In this document: piece by piece, positions 53,237 through 63,356 of the stretch
Layout: each line of letters starts with the position of its first letter
How positions within the stretch are numbered: position 1 is the first letter of the stretch
Origin: an uncultured Candidatus Saccharibacteria bacterium
GTDB lineage: Bacteria > Patescibacteriota > Doudnabacteria > UBA920
Direction: 5' to 3'
DNA length: 64,000 nt
Assembly: GCA_964532425.1 (NCBI GenBank)
Contig: CAZHIA010000001.1
Location: 270,846 to 334,845 of the forward strand
The notes under the pieces: generated by a model
Told to the model about the DNA's origin: nothing
What the model saw: only the letters and a program-made list of their open reading frames with translations
The model's database searches: none
Program-made: the position numbers and the translations under genes

Positions 53237-55159
53237 ATGGGTAACCCTTTGCTTCCCAAACAAAAACACGAATCGATTCTAAAAACAATAAAAAAAATTT
53301 CCAGCCCGGAATTCTGGTCCGCGCTGGAAATAAAAACGAGCCGTTTATTTTCTAATTTGTATCATGTAGTGACGCTCCGTGCGCCATCTACTTACAAGCC
53401 ATCCCAGCAAGTTCGGCGCGGTGCCCGTCTGGCAGTCAAACTTTCCGTTGTGGCTTTGGTTGGCACGCTGGCAGCCTTTTTGCCGCCAACGCTTGCCGGC
53501 AGACAGGCTGGACATGGTCCGGTCTCCCAGTCCATCGCTATTGCCAGTACCTGGGGGGACTCTAATATCGACATTTGGTGGCCGACTGATAGCGCCAAGG
53601 TCACCGGAGTCCAGCCCTTTAAAGCGGTGGTTAATAACCGGGCTATCGACCAGTACCGCATGGTCTGGCAGGTGGACGGCGGACAGCAAAATCAGATGGC
53701 GACCAGCATGCAGGATTGGCCGCACAAAGAAACCAATGTCGATTTGACCGGGTGGAATTGGAAAGGGAGTGGTCCGTATACGCTTTCGTTCACTGCTTTT
53801 GACAATTCCGGGTCGCAGATTGGACAGAAGTTCGAAGTTATTTATATTACGAGCGGGCAGTCCGCACCGGTAGTATCAACGCCTGCTCCCGTGAAAGCCA
53901 TCGCTCCTGCACCAATCCAAGCAGCAACTCTATCGCAACAAAAGCTGGATGTGTGGTGGCCGACCAACAATGTTTCGGTTTCCGGTACGCTGCCGGTCAA
54001 GGCTATGCTCGAGAATACGGCGGTTACGGATTACACCATGACCTTCAGGGTCGGTAGCGGTCCCGAGCAGGACATGGGCACAAACTATTCCGATTATCCT
54101 CACAAAGAAACGTCTGCCAACACGAGTCAGTGGGGCTCAGGCAGCGTTACTTTGAACTTTACGGCTAAGAACGTGGCTGGACAGGTAATAGGCACCAGCT
54201 CGGTTACGGTGAATGTCCAAACACCTGCTGGACAGCCGGCGGCAACTGCCGCTACCCAACCGGCTGCGGTGCCAGTTTCTGGAAATCCATTCAGCGGGGC
54301 CAAGCTGTTCGTGGATCCCAATAGTGATGCGAAAAAACAAGCTGATGCGTGGCGCTCCAGTCAGCCGCAAAACGCTTCCTTCATGGATAAGATTGCGAAC
54401 CAGCCTACGACTTTCTGGATGGGTAATTGGAATAGCGATATTACCGGTGACACGCGCCGGAATGTCCAGGCGGCCCAGTCCCAGGGTGCCATGCCCGTGT
54501 TCGTGGCTTATAATATCCCGCAGCGCGATTGTGGCGGGTATTCAGCCGGTGGCAGCGGTAGCCCGGATGCATATAAGCAGTGGATCCGCAGCATGGCCGC
54601 AGGCATCGGTTCTGCCAAATCGGCTGTGATCATCGAGCCGGATGCCATCGCTCTGATTGATTGTCTGTCTGGGAGCGACCAACAAACCCGGTACAGCCTT
54701 ATTCGCGACGCAGTGTCAGTGTTTAAGTCGCTTGGCAATACCGCGGTCTACATCGACGCGGCCCATCCGGGGTGGCTCTCTGTCGGTGACATGGTTTCGC
54801 GTTTGAAGAATGCCGGTATCGACCAAGCTGACGGTTTTTCCCTGGATATCTCGAACTTCTATACGACGCAAGACAATGTGAATTACGGAACCTCCATCTC
54901 AAACCAAGTTGGCGGCAAACATTTTGTCGTCGATACGGGGCGCAACGGAAACGGTCCGACGCCGGATTATCAGTGGTGCAACCCTTCAGGTCGTGCCCTC
55001 GGCCAGCGGCCGACTACCGCCACCGGAAACGCCCTGGTTGATGCTTATTTGTGGGTCAAAGGACCGGGCGGCAGCGACGGCAACTGCAACGGCGGACCGA
55101 ATGCCGGAGTCTTCTGGCCGGATTACGCATTAGGGCTTGCACAAAGAGCCTCTTGGTAG
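53237..55159 (+). CDS. GH6 cellulase (endoglucanase-type) with membrane anchor and two tandem Ig-like repeats
   Basis: YNIPQRDC..YS.GG, IIEPDA, YIDAAHPGW, SNF, DTGRNG, WCNP.G..LG, DAYLWVK.PG.SDG.C. Confidence 0.93.
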   Translation: MGNPLLPKQKHESILKTIKKISSPEFWSALEIKTSRLFSNLYHVVTLRAPSTYKPSQQVRRGARLAVKLSVVALVGTLAAFLPPTLAGRQAGHGPVSQSIAIASTWGDSNIDIWWPTDSAKVTGVQPFKAVVNNRAIDQYRMVWQVDGGQQNQMATSMQDWPHKETNVDLTGWNWKGSGPYTLSFTAFDNSGSQIGQKFEVIYITSGQSAPVVSTPAPVKAIAPAPIQAATLSQQKLDVWWPTNNVSVSGTLPVKAMLENTAVTDYTMTFRVGSGPEQDMGTNYSDYPHKETSANTSQWGSGSVTLNFTAKNVAGQVIGTSSVTVNVQTPAGQPAATAATQPAAVPVSGNPFSGAKLFVDPNSDAKKQADAWRSSQPQNASFMDKIANQPTTFWMGNWNSDITGDTRRNVQAAQSQGAMPVFVAYNIPQRDCGGYSAGGSGSPDAYKQWIRSMAAGIGSAKSAVIIEPDAIALIDCLSGSDQQTRYSLIRDAVSVFKSLGNTAVYIDAAHPGWLSVGDMVSRLKNAGIDQADGFSLDISNFYTTQDNVNYGTSISNQVGGKHFVVDTGRNGNGPTPDYQWCNPSGRALGQRPTTATGNALVDAYLWVKGPGGSDGNCNGGPNAGVFWPDYALGLAQRASW

Positions 55160-55199
55160 GACACAGATGAACACTGATTCAAAACAGATAAACACGGAT

Positions 55200-55230
55200 A
55201 AAGGCCGGCGCTATTGCGCCGGCCTTTTTT
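55200..55230 (+). terminator. Intrinsic terminator
   Basis: AAAGGCCGGCGC-tatt-GCGCCGGCCTTTTTT. Confidence 0.8.
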
Positions 55231-55313
55231 GTTTACTGTATCGAAAATCGCTTGACAGAAAGGGAAAACGGTATATGATAAGGTGAAATCATAGTTAGGC
55301 GAAGGAGGGAAAG

Positions 55314-55694
55314 ATGGAAAGGGTGCGGGTATTTTTGGTAGAAGACGACCCCTCTGTGCGGGAAGTCATAAAGGCATTTCTTTCTGAAGATGAACATGCA
55401 GTAGTATTGGAGGCGGCCACACTGGAAGATGCTTTACGGAAAATCCGTGAAGGAAATCTGGAGACCGCAAATATCACGGTGGCAATCGTCGACGGATATT
55501 TGCCGAAAAGCTCGGAAGACAGGAAAGAGGTGTGGGGTGGACCGGATGTCGCTCAGGCCATTCGAGCCAGCCATATGGGTGTGAAAATCATCTCCTTTAG
55601 CTCAAGACCCGAAGAATATTGCCGCTATGGCGATATTCACCTCAGCAAGGACTGCGGTGCGGGTAAACTGCTAGAAACGATGGCCTCGATTTGA
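55314..55694 (+). CDS. Stand-alone response-regulator receiver domain
   Basis: VFLVEDD, AIVDG.L (phospho-Asp), IISFSS, ..SK; AGGAGG RBS; TTGACA...TATGAT promoter. Confidence 0.85.
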   Translation: MERVRVFLVEDDPSVREVIKAFLSEDEHAVVLEAATLEDALRKIREGNLETANITVAIVDGYLPKSSEDRKEVWGGPDVAQAIRASHMGVKIISFSSRPEEYCRYGDIHLSKDCGAGKLLETMASI

Positions 55695-55814
55695 AGATTG
55701 GCTTATATGCCTTAGCGCGGAACATTCGTGTTCCGCGTTTTCATTTGTTTGAAAGGGATTTAAAAATTTGTCACCAAAGAAAAAATGGCACCGCGAGGCG
55801 GTGCCATTTGGAGG

Positions 55815-56297
55815 TTACTTGAGCGATTCGGGCAGAATGCTCTTGATCCGTTCCTTCAGGAACGAACTGATAAAACTTTCAAGCTTGATGAGCGCATCGG
55901 CGAAATCATCGAATACGATCTCGGCTATCACCGCAGGATTGCCGCGGATAAGCCGACTGATGAGCCTTTGTTCCAGACGGTTCCGCTGATGAAGAAGAAC
56001 AACAGGCTTGGCGGCGTGGTTCGCTATCTCGATCTCTTCACCGACACCGAACGAAGGATTATCGGTTACGGCAATGACAAGCTCCGCTGAGGTCACCGCG
56101 GTTCGGTCGATAAGATCGACCTGCGCCGGGGTGACGTGCTTATGCCGTACGGGATCAGTGTTGAGATGGGGTACGTACGCTATAAGTTCCAGGCTTTCGA
56201 CCAAACGGCCGATCGCTTCGTAGAACTCAAGGTACCGAGGGCGAATATCCGCCGGGACGTCGCTGAGCGCGCCGGAAATGTAAACAAGTTTGTTCAT
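55815..56297 (-). CDS. Nucleoside 2-deoxyribosyltransferase / DNPH1-like N-glycosidase family protein
   Basis: VYISGAL...YVPH...D...V..AELVIA....PSFGVGEEIE.A....KPV; AAGGAG RBS before ATG 56297. Confidence 0.82.
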   Translation of the reverse strand: MNKLVYISGALSDVPADIRPRYLEFYEAIGRLVESLELIAYVPHLNTDPVRHKHVTPAQVDLIDRTAVTSAELVIAVTDNPSFGVGEEIEIANHAAKPVVLLHQRNRLEQRLISRLIRGNPAVIAEIVFDDFADALIKLESFISSFLKERIKSILPESLK

Positions 56298-56417
56298 GAC
56301 GATCTCCTTTAGAGGAAAAGGAGGATTCGCCACATTAGGGAAGGCCCAAAAAGGGCCGCATTAAGGACAGCTACTCCTCGGGTTAGTGGTTTGCAAACAT
56401 CGGTGAGAATGTCCGCA

Positions 56418-56852
56418 TTATGCTGTACAAGACAAGAAAATATACTGGCCCGGCGATCCCGTGCTTTCCAGAAGGCTGATGATATGGCCTTCGTCATCCG
56501 GGTCTGGTGGTGAGCTCGTGACGCGCAGCCTCCAGCATGGAGCTGTTTGGGACTGGTCAGAGGTGCACTGTAATTTCCAATACCTCACACCTCGCTTGTC
56601 ACACTCTTCACTGAGTTCCGCGGCAAATCCATCGTACGCAGTGCGCGAACTGAAACCCATGCGCACCCAGGGAATGAGTGTCCCGATTCCGTTGCCAAAC
56701 AGAAGGTATTCCTTGGACCGCAAGATGCTGCCGTCTTTGGGTTGTGCTCCACAGGCTTTGAGTGCGAGCGCATTACTGTCAAGCGGCTGCATGTTGTAGG
56801 GATAGAGCTGGTCAAAAAAACTATAAGGTACAAATGCCCGAATACGTCTCAT
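56418..56852 (-). CDS. Hypothetical protein
   Basis: AAGGAGG RBS before ATG 56852. Confidence 0.5.
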   Translation of the reverse strand: MRRIRAFVPYSFFDQLYPYNMQPLDSNALALKACGAQPKDGSILRSKEYLLFGNGIGTLIPWVRMGFSSRTAYDGFAAELSEECDKRGVRYWKLQCTSDQSQTAPCWRLRVTSSPPDPDDEGHIISLLESTGSPGQYIFLSCTA

Positions 56853-56942
56853 AGTCCTCCTTTGTTGCATCTTTACCCGTCCAGTAATATGGACAGTAAG
56901 GACTTCTTAGTATACCAAAAGTATAGAAAATGTCCAGAATCG

Positions 56943-56976
56943 AAAAACTTCGACACTATTCAGTGTCGAAGTTTTT
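56943..56976. terminator. Terminator hairpin
   Basis: AAAAACTTCGACACT-attc-AGTGTCGAAGTTTTT. Confidence 0.7.
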
Positions 56977-57006
56977 TCTCTTTTTAGGTACGCGTCCATT
57001 TAAACC

Positions 57007-57036
57007 TGTAGGGGCAGATCCCGACCCGTCTCTGCA
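57007..57036 (+). repeat. Degenerate GTAG REP
   Basis: TGTAGGGGCAGATCCCGACCCGTCTCTGCA. Confidence 0.55.
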
Positions 57037-57093
57037 ACTATTCGCTCTTCGTTCGGCTCTCTTCACTATTTACTTCGCACTCTTCGCTTGTGA

Positions 57094-57849
57094 TTATTTA
57101 TACCCGAACTTCTGCCATTCATTGTAGTAATAGAACAGTTCGCGGAAGGCACGGAAAATGACGTCCAGTTTGGCTCCGGTCGGTTTGCCGGCCGTGCGGG
57201 GGTAGTGGTTTACCCCTACTTCCGCGATCTTAAATCCGTTCTTTTGGGCTTTGACCAACAGCTCTGTGGAAATCATGGCCCCAGTGGTTTGGAGTCGGAA
57301 TTTTTGAAAAACTTGCCGCCGGACAATCTTGAAGCCGCAATCGATGTCGCGCACGCCATGAAGGCGGAACAAGTTGATGACCAAGGTTTTCCAAGCCCAT
57401 GAATTGAACTTGCGCAGTGTATTATCCGCGCGTTTGATGCGATACCCGATGACAAGGTCATAAGCAGGCATGAATGGCAGGAATTTTTCGATTTCCGCCA
57501 CGTCAAATTGGCCGTCACTATCGGTAAAGAATATCCACTCCATTTTTGCTGCGGCAAAGCCCGAGGCGAGCGCTGCGCCATAGCCGCGATTCGTTTCGTG
57601 CCTCACGAGACGGATTTTTGGATTATATTCTGACATTCGAGCGACAATTTCGGGTGTCCGATCCGTACTGCCGTCATCAACGATGATAATCTCATAGTCC
57701 TGGGATATTTGCCAAAGTACCGCACTCGTGCGGTCGATAACCCGGGCGATATTATCCTGCTCATTATATGCCGGGAAAAAAGCTGTGATAGTGGGGCGGT
57801 TGGTCTCAATTTCCTCTGGTCTTACTGATTCGGTGGTCTGATGTGGCAT
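57094..57849 (-). CDS. GT2 glycosyltransferase (polyprenol-phosphate sugar synthase / DPM1-like)
   Basis: PAYNE, VDDGSTD, N.GYG.A...G, TDSDGQ, D..CGFK. Confidence 0.92.
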   Translation of the reverse strand: MPHQTTESVRPEEIETNRPTITAFFPAYNEQDNIARVIDRTSAVLWQISQDYEIIIVDDGSTDRTPEIVARMSEYNPKIRLVRHETNRGYGAALASGFAAAKMEWIFFTDSDGQFDVAEIEKFLPFMPAYDLVIGYRIKRADNTLRKFNSWAWKTLVINLFRLHGVRDIDCGFKIVRRQVFQKFRLQTTGAMISTELLVKAQKNGFKIAEVGVNHYPRTAGKPTGAKLDVIFRAFRELFYYYNEWQKFGYK

Positions 57850-57900
57850 ACCGCTCCTTTCGTGATTAATTACTCATTGTTTTATGGGTGTTCCCGTTAG

Positions 57901-57929
57901 GTAGGGGCGGGTTTGAAACCCGTCCCTAC
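57901..57929 (+). repeat. GTAG-family REP
   Basis: GTAGGGGCGGGTTTGAAACCCGTCCCTAC. Confidence 0.8.
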
Positions 57930-57968
57930 GGATATGTTTATTCTGTGGTGCATGGTTATGGTTGATTG

Positions 57969-59528
57969 TCATTGATACCGCAATTTGTATACGTACAAGT
58001 CCATTCCGGGCGAGAAATTTTTAGCTTCCAGCCGCTGGTAGTGAGTATCAAAGTAATTTTTAACTTCTTGTTGGTATCCCTGATCGTACGACAGTAGCAG
58101 ATAGATATTCTGGTGTCCGGCAGTTACTTGAGCAACTTCTGACGGGAACGTTTCCGGTACATATGGCGGTATGCCTCCGACGACAAAGCGATTCCATATG
58201 GGTAGCGTGTTCACCGCGGCCGAACCGGTGTAATAATATTCGAACGGGTAGACAGTAAATGGAGCAGAGAGCGCTACGACATCTTGCGGGGTAGCTTCCG
58301 ACGCGATGTATGCCGCCGCATCACGATAATCTTCCTTGACCGGTGTGCTGGCACTGGCAATCTGGGTGGCGAGGGTTGCTCCCATAACGCTGACCAATAC
58401 GATCCTCATTACATACGCCAGGGGTTTTGGGTAAATAGAAAAGAACCAAGCTATAAATATATAGAGTGCAGGGGTGGCGAGGATGAGATACCTCGAAAGG
58501 AAAATCGGCCTGAAGGAGACGCTGACTAAAAATGCTGCTGTCACGGGGAAAATGGCGGCAATGAACAGATATATCGCCGGCAGGTTCAAGGCTTTGACCT
58601 TTCTGAGGGATAGGAAACCGAACAGTACCGCGAGCGGCCAAAGCGATAGAATGATGGTATTTAAGTGGTCGTTTTGGAAGCCGAATAGGTACTCGGAATA
58701 GGCGCTGAATAAGTTGACTGTAGTAGGTTTGAACAGCAGAGGCTGTTCGGTACTGGCAAAACCCAAATGTTTAACATAGTACAGCCAGGGAGCTATGGCT
58801 GCGATGAGAATTAATCCTACGACCACGAACCGTTGCAAGGAATTGATGGGAAAGTGTTTCCTATACAGGAGGAAAAAGAGTCCCTGGCCTCCCAGGACAA
58901 ACCAGAAAAAATAGTGGGAGTAAATGCCAAGGAGCGACGAGATGCAGAATCCAACCCAGTACCACGAGAGTGTTTCGGACCGAGCCGGGCCCCGAAAGTT
59001 CAGGATTTTCAAAAAGAACAGTTGACTCAATATCGTGCATAGCACCATAAGACTGTACATTCGTATCTCATTGGCATACCAATTCATGAATGGGGAAATG
59101 GTGAGCAAGAGGGTGGCAAAAATTGCGGTGCCGCGAGAAAAGGAAGTTCGCGCCAGGAGGTACATGGCTGGGATAGAAAGCAAAAAGAATATAAGGGAAA
59201 AGGCTCGGATCGTATCTACAGAATTACCGAGCCAAAGGATCCAGAAATGCAGCGCAAAACCATACAGCGGAAGATGGACATCCTGGCCGATCGTATGCAG
59301 GAACCCTCTCGGGTTATGGCTGCTCTGCCAGATACTTTGAGCTTCGTCGAGCCTGAGACTCTGTCCGAAAAGAAAGAAATGGGAAATAGCGAACGCAGCC
59401 AGCATGCACAAGACGATAAATCCGACTGTTGCGGCCGTGCGGAGTGCCTGCGACCCGTTGCGTGCCGAAAGCTCCTCTTTTTGGATAGCGGGATACCGGG
59501 GATTGATTTCTACGGTAGTGGTAGTCAT
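57969..59528 (-). CDS. GT-C fold membrane glycosyltransferase (PMT_2/ArnT-like)
   Basis: SLRLDEA, DVHLPLY...H.W, SPF..WY..E.RMYSL, HYF, RYL; about 11 TMs. Confidence 0.88.
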   Translation of the reverse strand: MTTTTVEINPRYPAIQKEELSARNGSQALRTAATVGFIVLCMLAAFAISHFFLFGQSLRLDEAQSIWQSSHNPRGFLHTIGQDVHLPLYGFALHFWILWLGNSVDTIRAFSLIFFLLSIPAMYLLARTSFSRGTAIFATLLLTISPFMNWYANEIRMYSLMVLCTILSQLFFLKILNFRGPARSETLSWYWVGFCISSLLGIYSHYFFWFVLGGQGLFFLLYRKHFPINSLQRFVVVGLILIAAIAPWLYYVKHLGFASTEQPLLFKPTTVNLFSAYSEYLFGFQNDHLNTIILSLWPLAVLFGFLSLRKVKALNLPAIYLFIAAIFPVTAAFLVSVSFRPIFLSRYLILATPALYIFIAWFFSIYPKPLAYVMRIVLVSVMGATLATQIASASTPVKEDYRDAAAYIASEATPQDVVALSAPFTVYPFEYYYTGSAAVNTLPIWNRFVVGGIPPYVPETFPSEVAQVTAGHQNIYLLLSYDQGYQQEVKNYFDTHYQRLEAKNFSPGMDLYVYKLRYQ

Positions 59529-59594
59529 GGTTCTGATCCAGTTAAGATCTTAGTTCGATAGGAGATTATTTCTTTTGCTGCGGTGCGTGCTGGT

Positions 59595-61244
59595 TCACTC
59601 AATTCGGCGGGTGATTGGACGGGATATGCGGAGGTTTCGGTTGTACAGTGCCGGTCGGCTTGTGGAAAAACCCGGAGCGCGGCCTATCGGGTTTCCTGCG
59701 GCGGATAGTGCGGGTTTGGACTGGTAGGTGATTTGTGCTTCGCTGAGCTCTGACTCGGAAGGGAGGGCTGCAAATATGAATGGGACAAACGCTGCCGCGT
59801 TGAACATGGCCCAGCTTAGATTTGTGATTACTGCGGCGCTCGCACCCTCGCGGACAATGGCAACGAAGACGCCGGACAGAATCAGTCCGAAATAGAGCAG
59901 GTGGGGAATGACGAGTTTGATGTAATTCCCGGACTGTCGCTTTTTAGCCGTCACGGAAAAACCGCTCTTCTGATTGGTCAAGACCGCCCAAAGTGCCTGC
60001 AGATGGATCGTAAATGATCCCATGGAGAATGCGAGCGCCCGGAAGGTGTACGCATCGTTGCTTGATAGCCGCAAAATGATCACGTTCAGAAAGATATATG
60101 GCATAAAAATCGCTGCCACCGCCATGGTCGAGTTCTGGACTGGCACCAGCCCGGTAAAAAAGAAAATGATCGGGAGCAGTGCGTTCATCAGGACGATTGC
60201 ACCGGAAAAGTAGTAACTTGCCGAAGCGAGATATTGTACTTTTTGTCTGAATGACAAACCTTTCCGAAAGAGAGGGTTGAAGCGGAACATGACCTCTAGG
60301 CTGCCCCTGGCCCAGCGGAATTGCTGCTTGTAGTAAGACTGAAAATCCTCTGGTGCTAAACCCTCAGCCAGCACATCCGGCACGTAGACGGATTTCCAGC
60401 CTTGCTCATGAATGAACAAGGAGGTGAGAAAATCTTCTGCAATATTAAATTCGCACATGCCGCCGACTCCAAGCATGGCGCTGCGGCGCATGACCATGTT
60501 CGTTCCGCACATGAATGTGCTATTGAGCCGGTTTTTCCCTTTGCAGATGGGGCCAAAGAATAACTCCTGTTGTTCCCAGGCGCCCTGGGTAATCTCATTT
60601 AACTCATAATTTTTGTAGTATTGCGGAGACTGGACAAATCCGACCGCTGAGTCTGCAAAGTACCCTACCGTCTTTTCCAGAAAGTCGGGATGAGGTACCT
60701 GGTCGGCATCAAAAATCGCGACGAGCGGGCTGCTCGTCTGACGTAATCCGTTGTTGAAATTTCCAGCTTTGGCGCCTCCCGCAACCGTGCGGGTTATGCA
60801 GGTAATGCCGAGTCTTTGTGCCAGTTCCTCTATGTCTTTCCAATTTGGTTTCTTGGCGACGTAGCCGTCATTGAGCAGGTAGACATGGAAATCCGGGTAT
60901 TGCATTGCAAGGGCGGCTCTGGCCGTCTGCTCAACGATCTCTACCGGTTCCCCGGCTGCAGTAATAAACACATCTACTGCGGGCCGGTGGGTCTGGTCGA
61001 AGCGGGCCGAATACTCCATATCCCAAACCGTATAGAGATAGGTGAATACAAGCCAGAGGTGAAATATCTCGCCGGCTACAAGGAGCCAGAATAGAACCGG
61101 GTTGCCCGGCGTGAATCGGAGTAGGAGCAGTCCAAAGTACAGGAACGCAAAAAGCCCGGTCAGTGCCAACAGGATGCGATTGCGTCGCGCATCTAAAAAT
61201 TCGGTTGAAGGGAGGAATAATATCCTTTTGGCTTGGGTATCCAT
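59595..61244 (-). CDS. Cellulose synthase catalytic subunit-like GT2 (BcsA-like, no PilZ)
   Basis: LNDG, AKAGN, FDADQ, QSPQ, FMCGT, IAED, QQFRW (QxxRW); TMs on both sides. Confidence 0.9.
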   Translation of the reverse strand: MDTQAKRILFLPSTEFLDARRNRILLALTGLFAFLYFGLLLLRFTPGNPVLFWLLVAGEIFHLWLVFTYLYTVWDMEYSARFDQTHRPAVDVFITAAGEPVEIVEQTARAALAMQYPDFHVYLLNDGYVAKKPNWKDIEELAQRLGITCITRTVAGGAKAGNFNNGLRQTSSPLVAIFDADQVPHPDFLEKTVGYFADSAVGFVQSPQYYKNYELNEITQGAWEQQELFFGPICKGKNRLNSTFMCGTNMVMRRSAMLGVGGMCEFNIAEDFLTSLFIHEQGWKSVYVPDVLAEGLAPEDFQSYYKQQFRWARGSLEVMFRFNPLFRKGLSFRQKVQYLASASYYFSGAIVLMNALLPIIFFFTGLVPVQNSTMAVAAIFMPYIFLNVIILRLSSNDAYTFRALAFSMGSFTIHLQALWAVLTNQKSGFSVTAKKRQSGNYIKLVIPHLLYFGLILSGVFVAIVREGASAAVITNLSWAMFNAAAFVPFIFAALPSESELSEAQITYQSKPALSAAGNPIGRAPGFSTSRPALYNRNLRISRPITRRIE

Positions 61245-61415
61245 GGGAGGTGAAATAATTAACTAGTGGGGTAGGGGGTAGAGTAGCACGCACCAGGATC
61301 AATTATATATAGCATATGAGCATGGGAGGCGAGGCGGCAGGCAAAATTTTTTGTTTTCCGCCTTGCCTTCGTAAGAATATTTTTAAGCGGACTTTTTAAG
61401 TATCAATCCTAATCC

Positions 61416-62645
61416 TTAGTGAGCAGAATCGGCTGTAGTGGTCGTGGCAGGATAGAGGTTGGCGAGTAGGTTATTATAGAGGGCCAATCCGAACCATGAC
61501 CAGTTATCGTCGTAGTAACTCATCTCGGTTCCCCATGATTGGCTGTCGGGATTGTAGAGCGTTAGGAGTTTTTGCTGGTAGATATTTTTAGCCTGCGCAG
61601 GGTTTTCCGTGACAAAATAACCGAGACTGCCTCCGTACATGGCCGGGGTTTCCAGCGTGGAGAGTTGTTGGCCGTCATGCGCATATGCGGTGTAGAGCAC
61701 ATGGTCATTCTGCCAACTCGAGCCCAGCGCGGAGAATTTTTCCAGTATGCTCTTGTCTCTCGGATCCTTATACCACTCATAATCCAAGGCAAGCCGCCAG
61801 GGGGTACGCAGGGCATCGTAACTGTAGTTGGTTGTCAGTGTGCTGGAAGCGGTTGGCACCGCTGTGAGTTCTCCCGTTGTTTTATTGATTGCTACCCAGT
61901 CTGGAGGCAGCCCGGCAGCTGACTGCTTGTCCAACTTTTGTACTGTCGACTGCTCAAGAACCGTATAGGAGGTATCCACTACCTTTTGCCAGTCATGTTG
62001 GGGATCTATCTGGGCAAAGATGCGGTAGGAATAGGGGGAATAGTAGGATGGATTCAAAACCGCTACCGACGAAGCCGGGCCACCTTCGACATTATCTGCA
62101 ACCAAATACGGCTCGCCTTGTATCGGTATTACCTCGCGGGCCCATATATCGCCGATAATTTGTTTCGCCTGGTCCAAATATCGCGGATCTTGCCATCGCT
62201 GTGAGGCGAAGACAAGCGCCAAGGCGATATCAGTATCGGCGTCGGCTGCCGAATTTTGGCCTCCTTGCTGGCTCAAGACACCCACCGAACCGTCCGGGCG
62301 CTTACCGTACAGCCAGGAAAACAGATGGTCGTTTTGATGCTTCAAGTTGGACTGTGTCCATTCCCATGTCTTGTCAAATGTGGTTTTATCGTCTATCCAA
62401 ACGGCACGGAGCATCGTATAACTTTGCCCTTCAGAAGTAGTGATGTCGTTGCGTTGCCGGTCGAGCGTGCGGCCGGTCGAGGAATCCCAATAGACTTGTT
62501 TATAGGTATTCCACAAGGCGCTGACCATGCCTTGGGGAGAATAGACCAGCGGTTGTTGCCGCCTCTGATTGTTGTGGTAAAGTACGGCGGTAAAAATTAC
62601 GGCCCCAAGAAGTATGAGGAATAAACCGATTAACTTATATTTCAT
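61416..62645 (-). CDS. GH8 endoglucanase (BcsZ-like)
   Basis: TSEGQSY.M, SAADAD.DIA, NPSY, LPPDW, SYDALR. Confidence 0.93.
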   Translation of the reverse strand: MKYKLIGLFLILLGAVIFTAVLYHNNQRRQQPLVYSPQGMVSALWNTYKQVYWDSSTGRTLDRQRNDITTSEGQSYTMLRAVWIDDKTTFDKTWEWTQSNLKHQNDHLFSWLYGKRPDGSVGVLSQQGGQNSAADADTDIALALVFASQRWQDPRYLDQAKQIIGDIWAREVIPIQGEPYLVADNVEGGPASSVAVLNPSYYSPYSYRIFAQIDPQHDWQKVVDTSYTVLEQSTVQKLDKQSAAGLPPDWVAINKTTGELTAVPTASSTLTTNYSYDALRTPWRLALDYEWYKDPRDKSILEKFSALGSSWQNDHVLYTAYAHDGQQLSTLETPAMYGGSLGYFVTENPAQAKNIYQQKLLTLYNPDSQSWGTEMSYYDDNWSWFGLALYNNLLANLYPATTTTADSAH

Positions 62646-62690
62646 AAGCCCCCTCGTGAATTCTGGAATTGATTAGAATTGATACCGCGT

Positions 62691-63356
62691 CTATTTAAAC
62701 GAAAAATGCGCGGTGCGGATTACTTGGCGCGTTCGTCTGGCTTTAGTGGCGCCCGCAAAAAGGGCGATGCCGAACAGGACGCATGCAGCTGCTGCGCCAT
62801 TCAGTATGTTGGTGGCCTTAGTGCTGAGCGGGGTGAAAGTATAAGGAGAATAGGTTAAGAGAGGTTCCCAGACATTAAGCAAGGGCACGGAGAAATCGGA
62901 GATGGCAGCCAGGGTTTCTCCGGCAGATACTGAACTGGCTCTGGGCAGTTTAAAGTTAAAAGCAAGTTCACTTGCTGCCGGTGCAGTTTTCACTGCGGTC
63001 TTTGTTCCGACTTTACGCGGGGCTGGAGTGCGTGGTGCAGTTGGTGCGGACGGCTGGGTAGTGTTGTCTGTTGCAGAGGTTGCTGGCTGGTCTTGGGGTA
63101 CCGCGGGGTCAGCCGGTTCCGGCTCCTGGCCAGGGGGCATTTGCAGACCGGAAGGCATTTGCAGACTTGGTGGGTCTTGAAGGTTGCTGTCTGTGGCAGA
63201 TTGGCGTGCCGGGTCAGAGGTGGTCGTCCCGGCTTGCTCTGTGGTTGTCGTACTGGTGTCAGCGGCACGGACTAATATGGCCGCACCGAATAACCCGGTT
63301 GCCACCAGGAGAAAGAGAGCCGCACCATAGTAAGGCAATCGGGAGGAAGTTCGCAT
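62691..63356 (-). CDS. Exported Pro/Thr-rich protein with C-terminal membrane anchor
   Basis: Signal peptide, low-complexity linker, C-terminal TM + basic tail; first gene of the GH8-GT2 run. Confidence 0.65.
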   Translation of the reverse strand: MRTSSRLPYYGAALFLLVATGLFGAAILVRAADTSTTTTEQAGTTTSDPARQSATDSNLQDPPSLQMPSGLQMPPGQEPEPADPAVPQDQPATSATDNTTQPSAPTAPRTPAPRKVGTKTAVKTAPAASELAFNFKLPRASSVSAGETLAAISDFSVPLLNVWEPLLTYSPYTFTPLSTKATNILNGAAAACVLFGIALFAGATKARRTRQVIRTAHFSFK

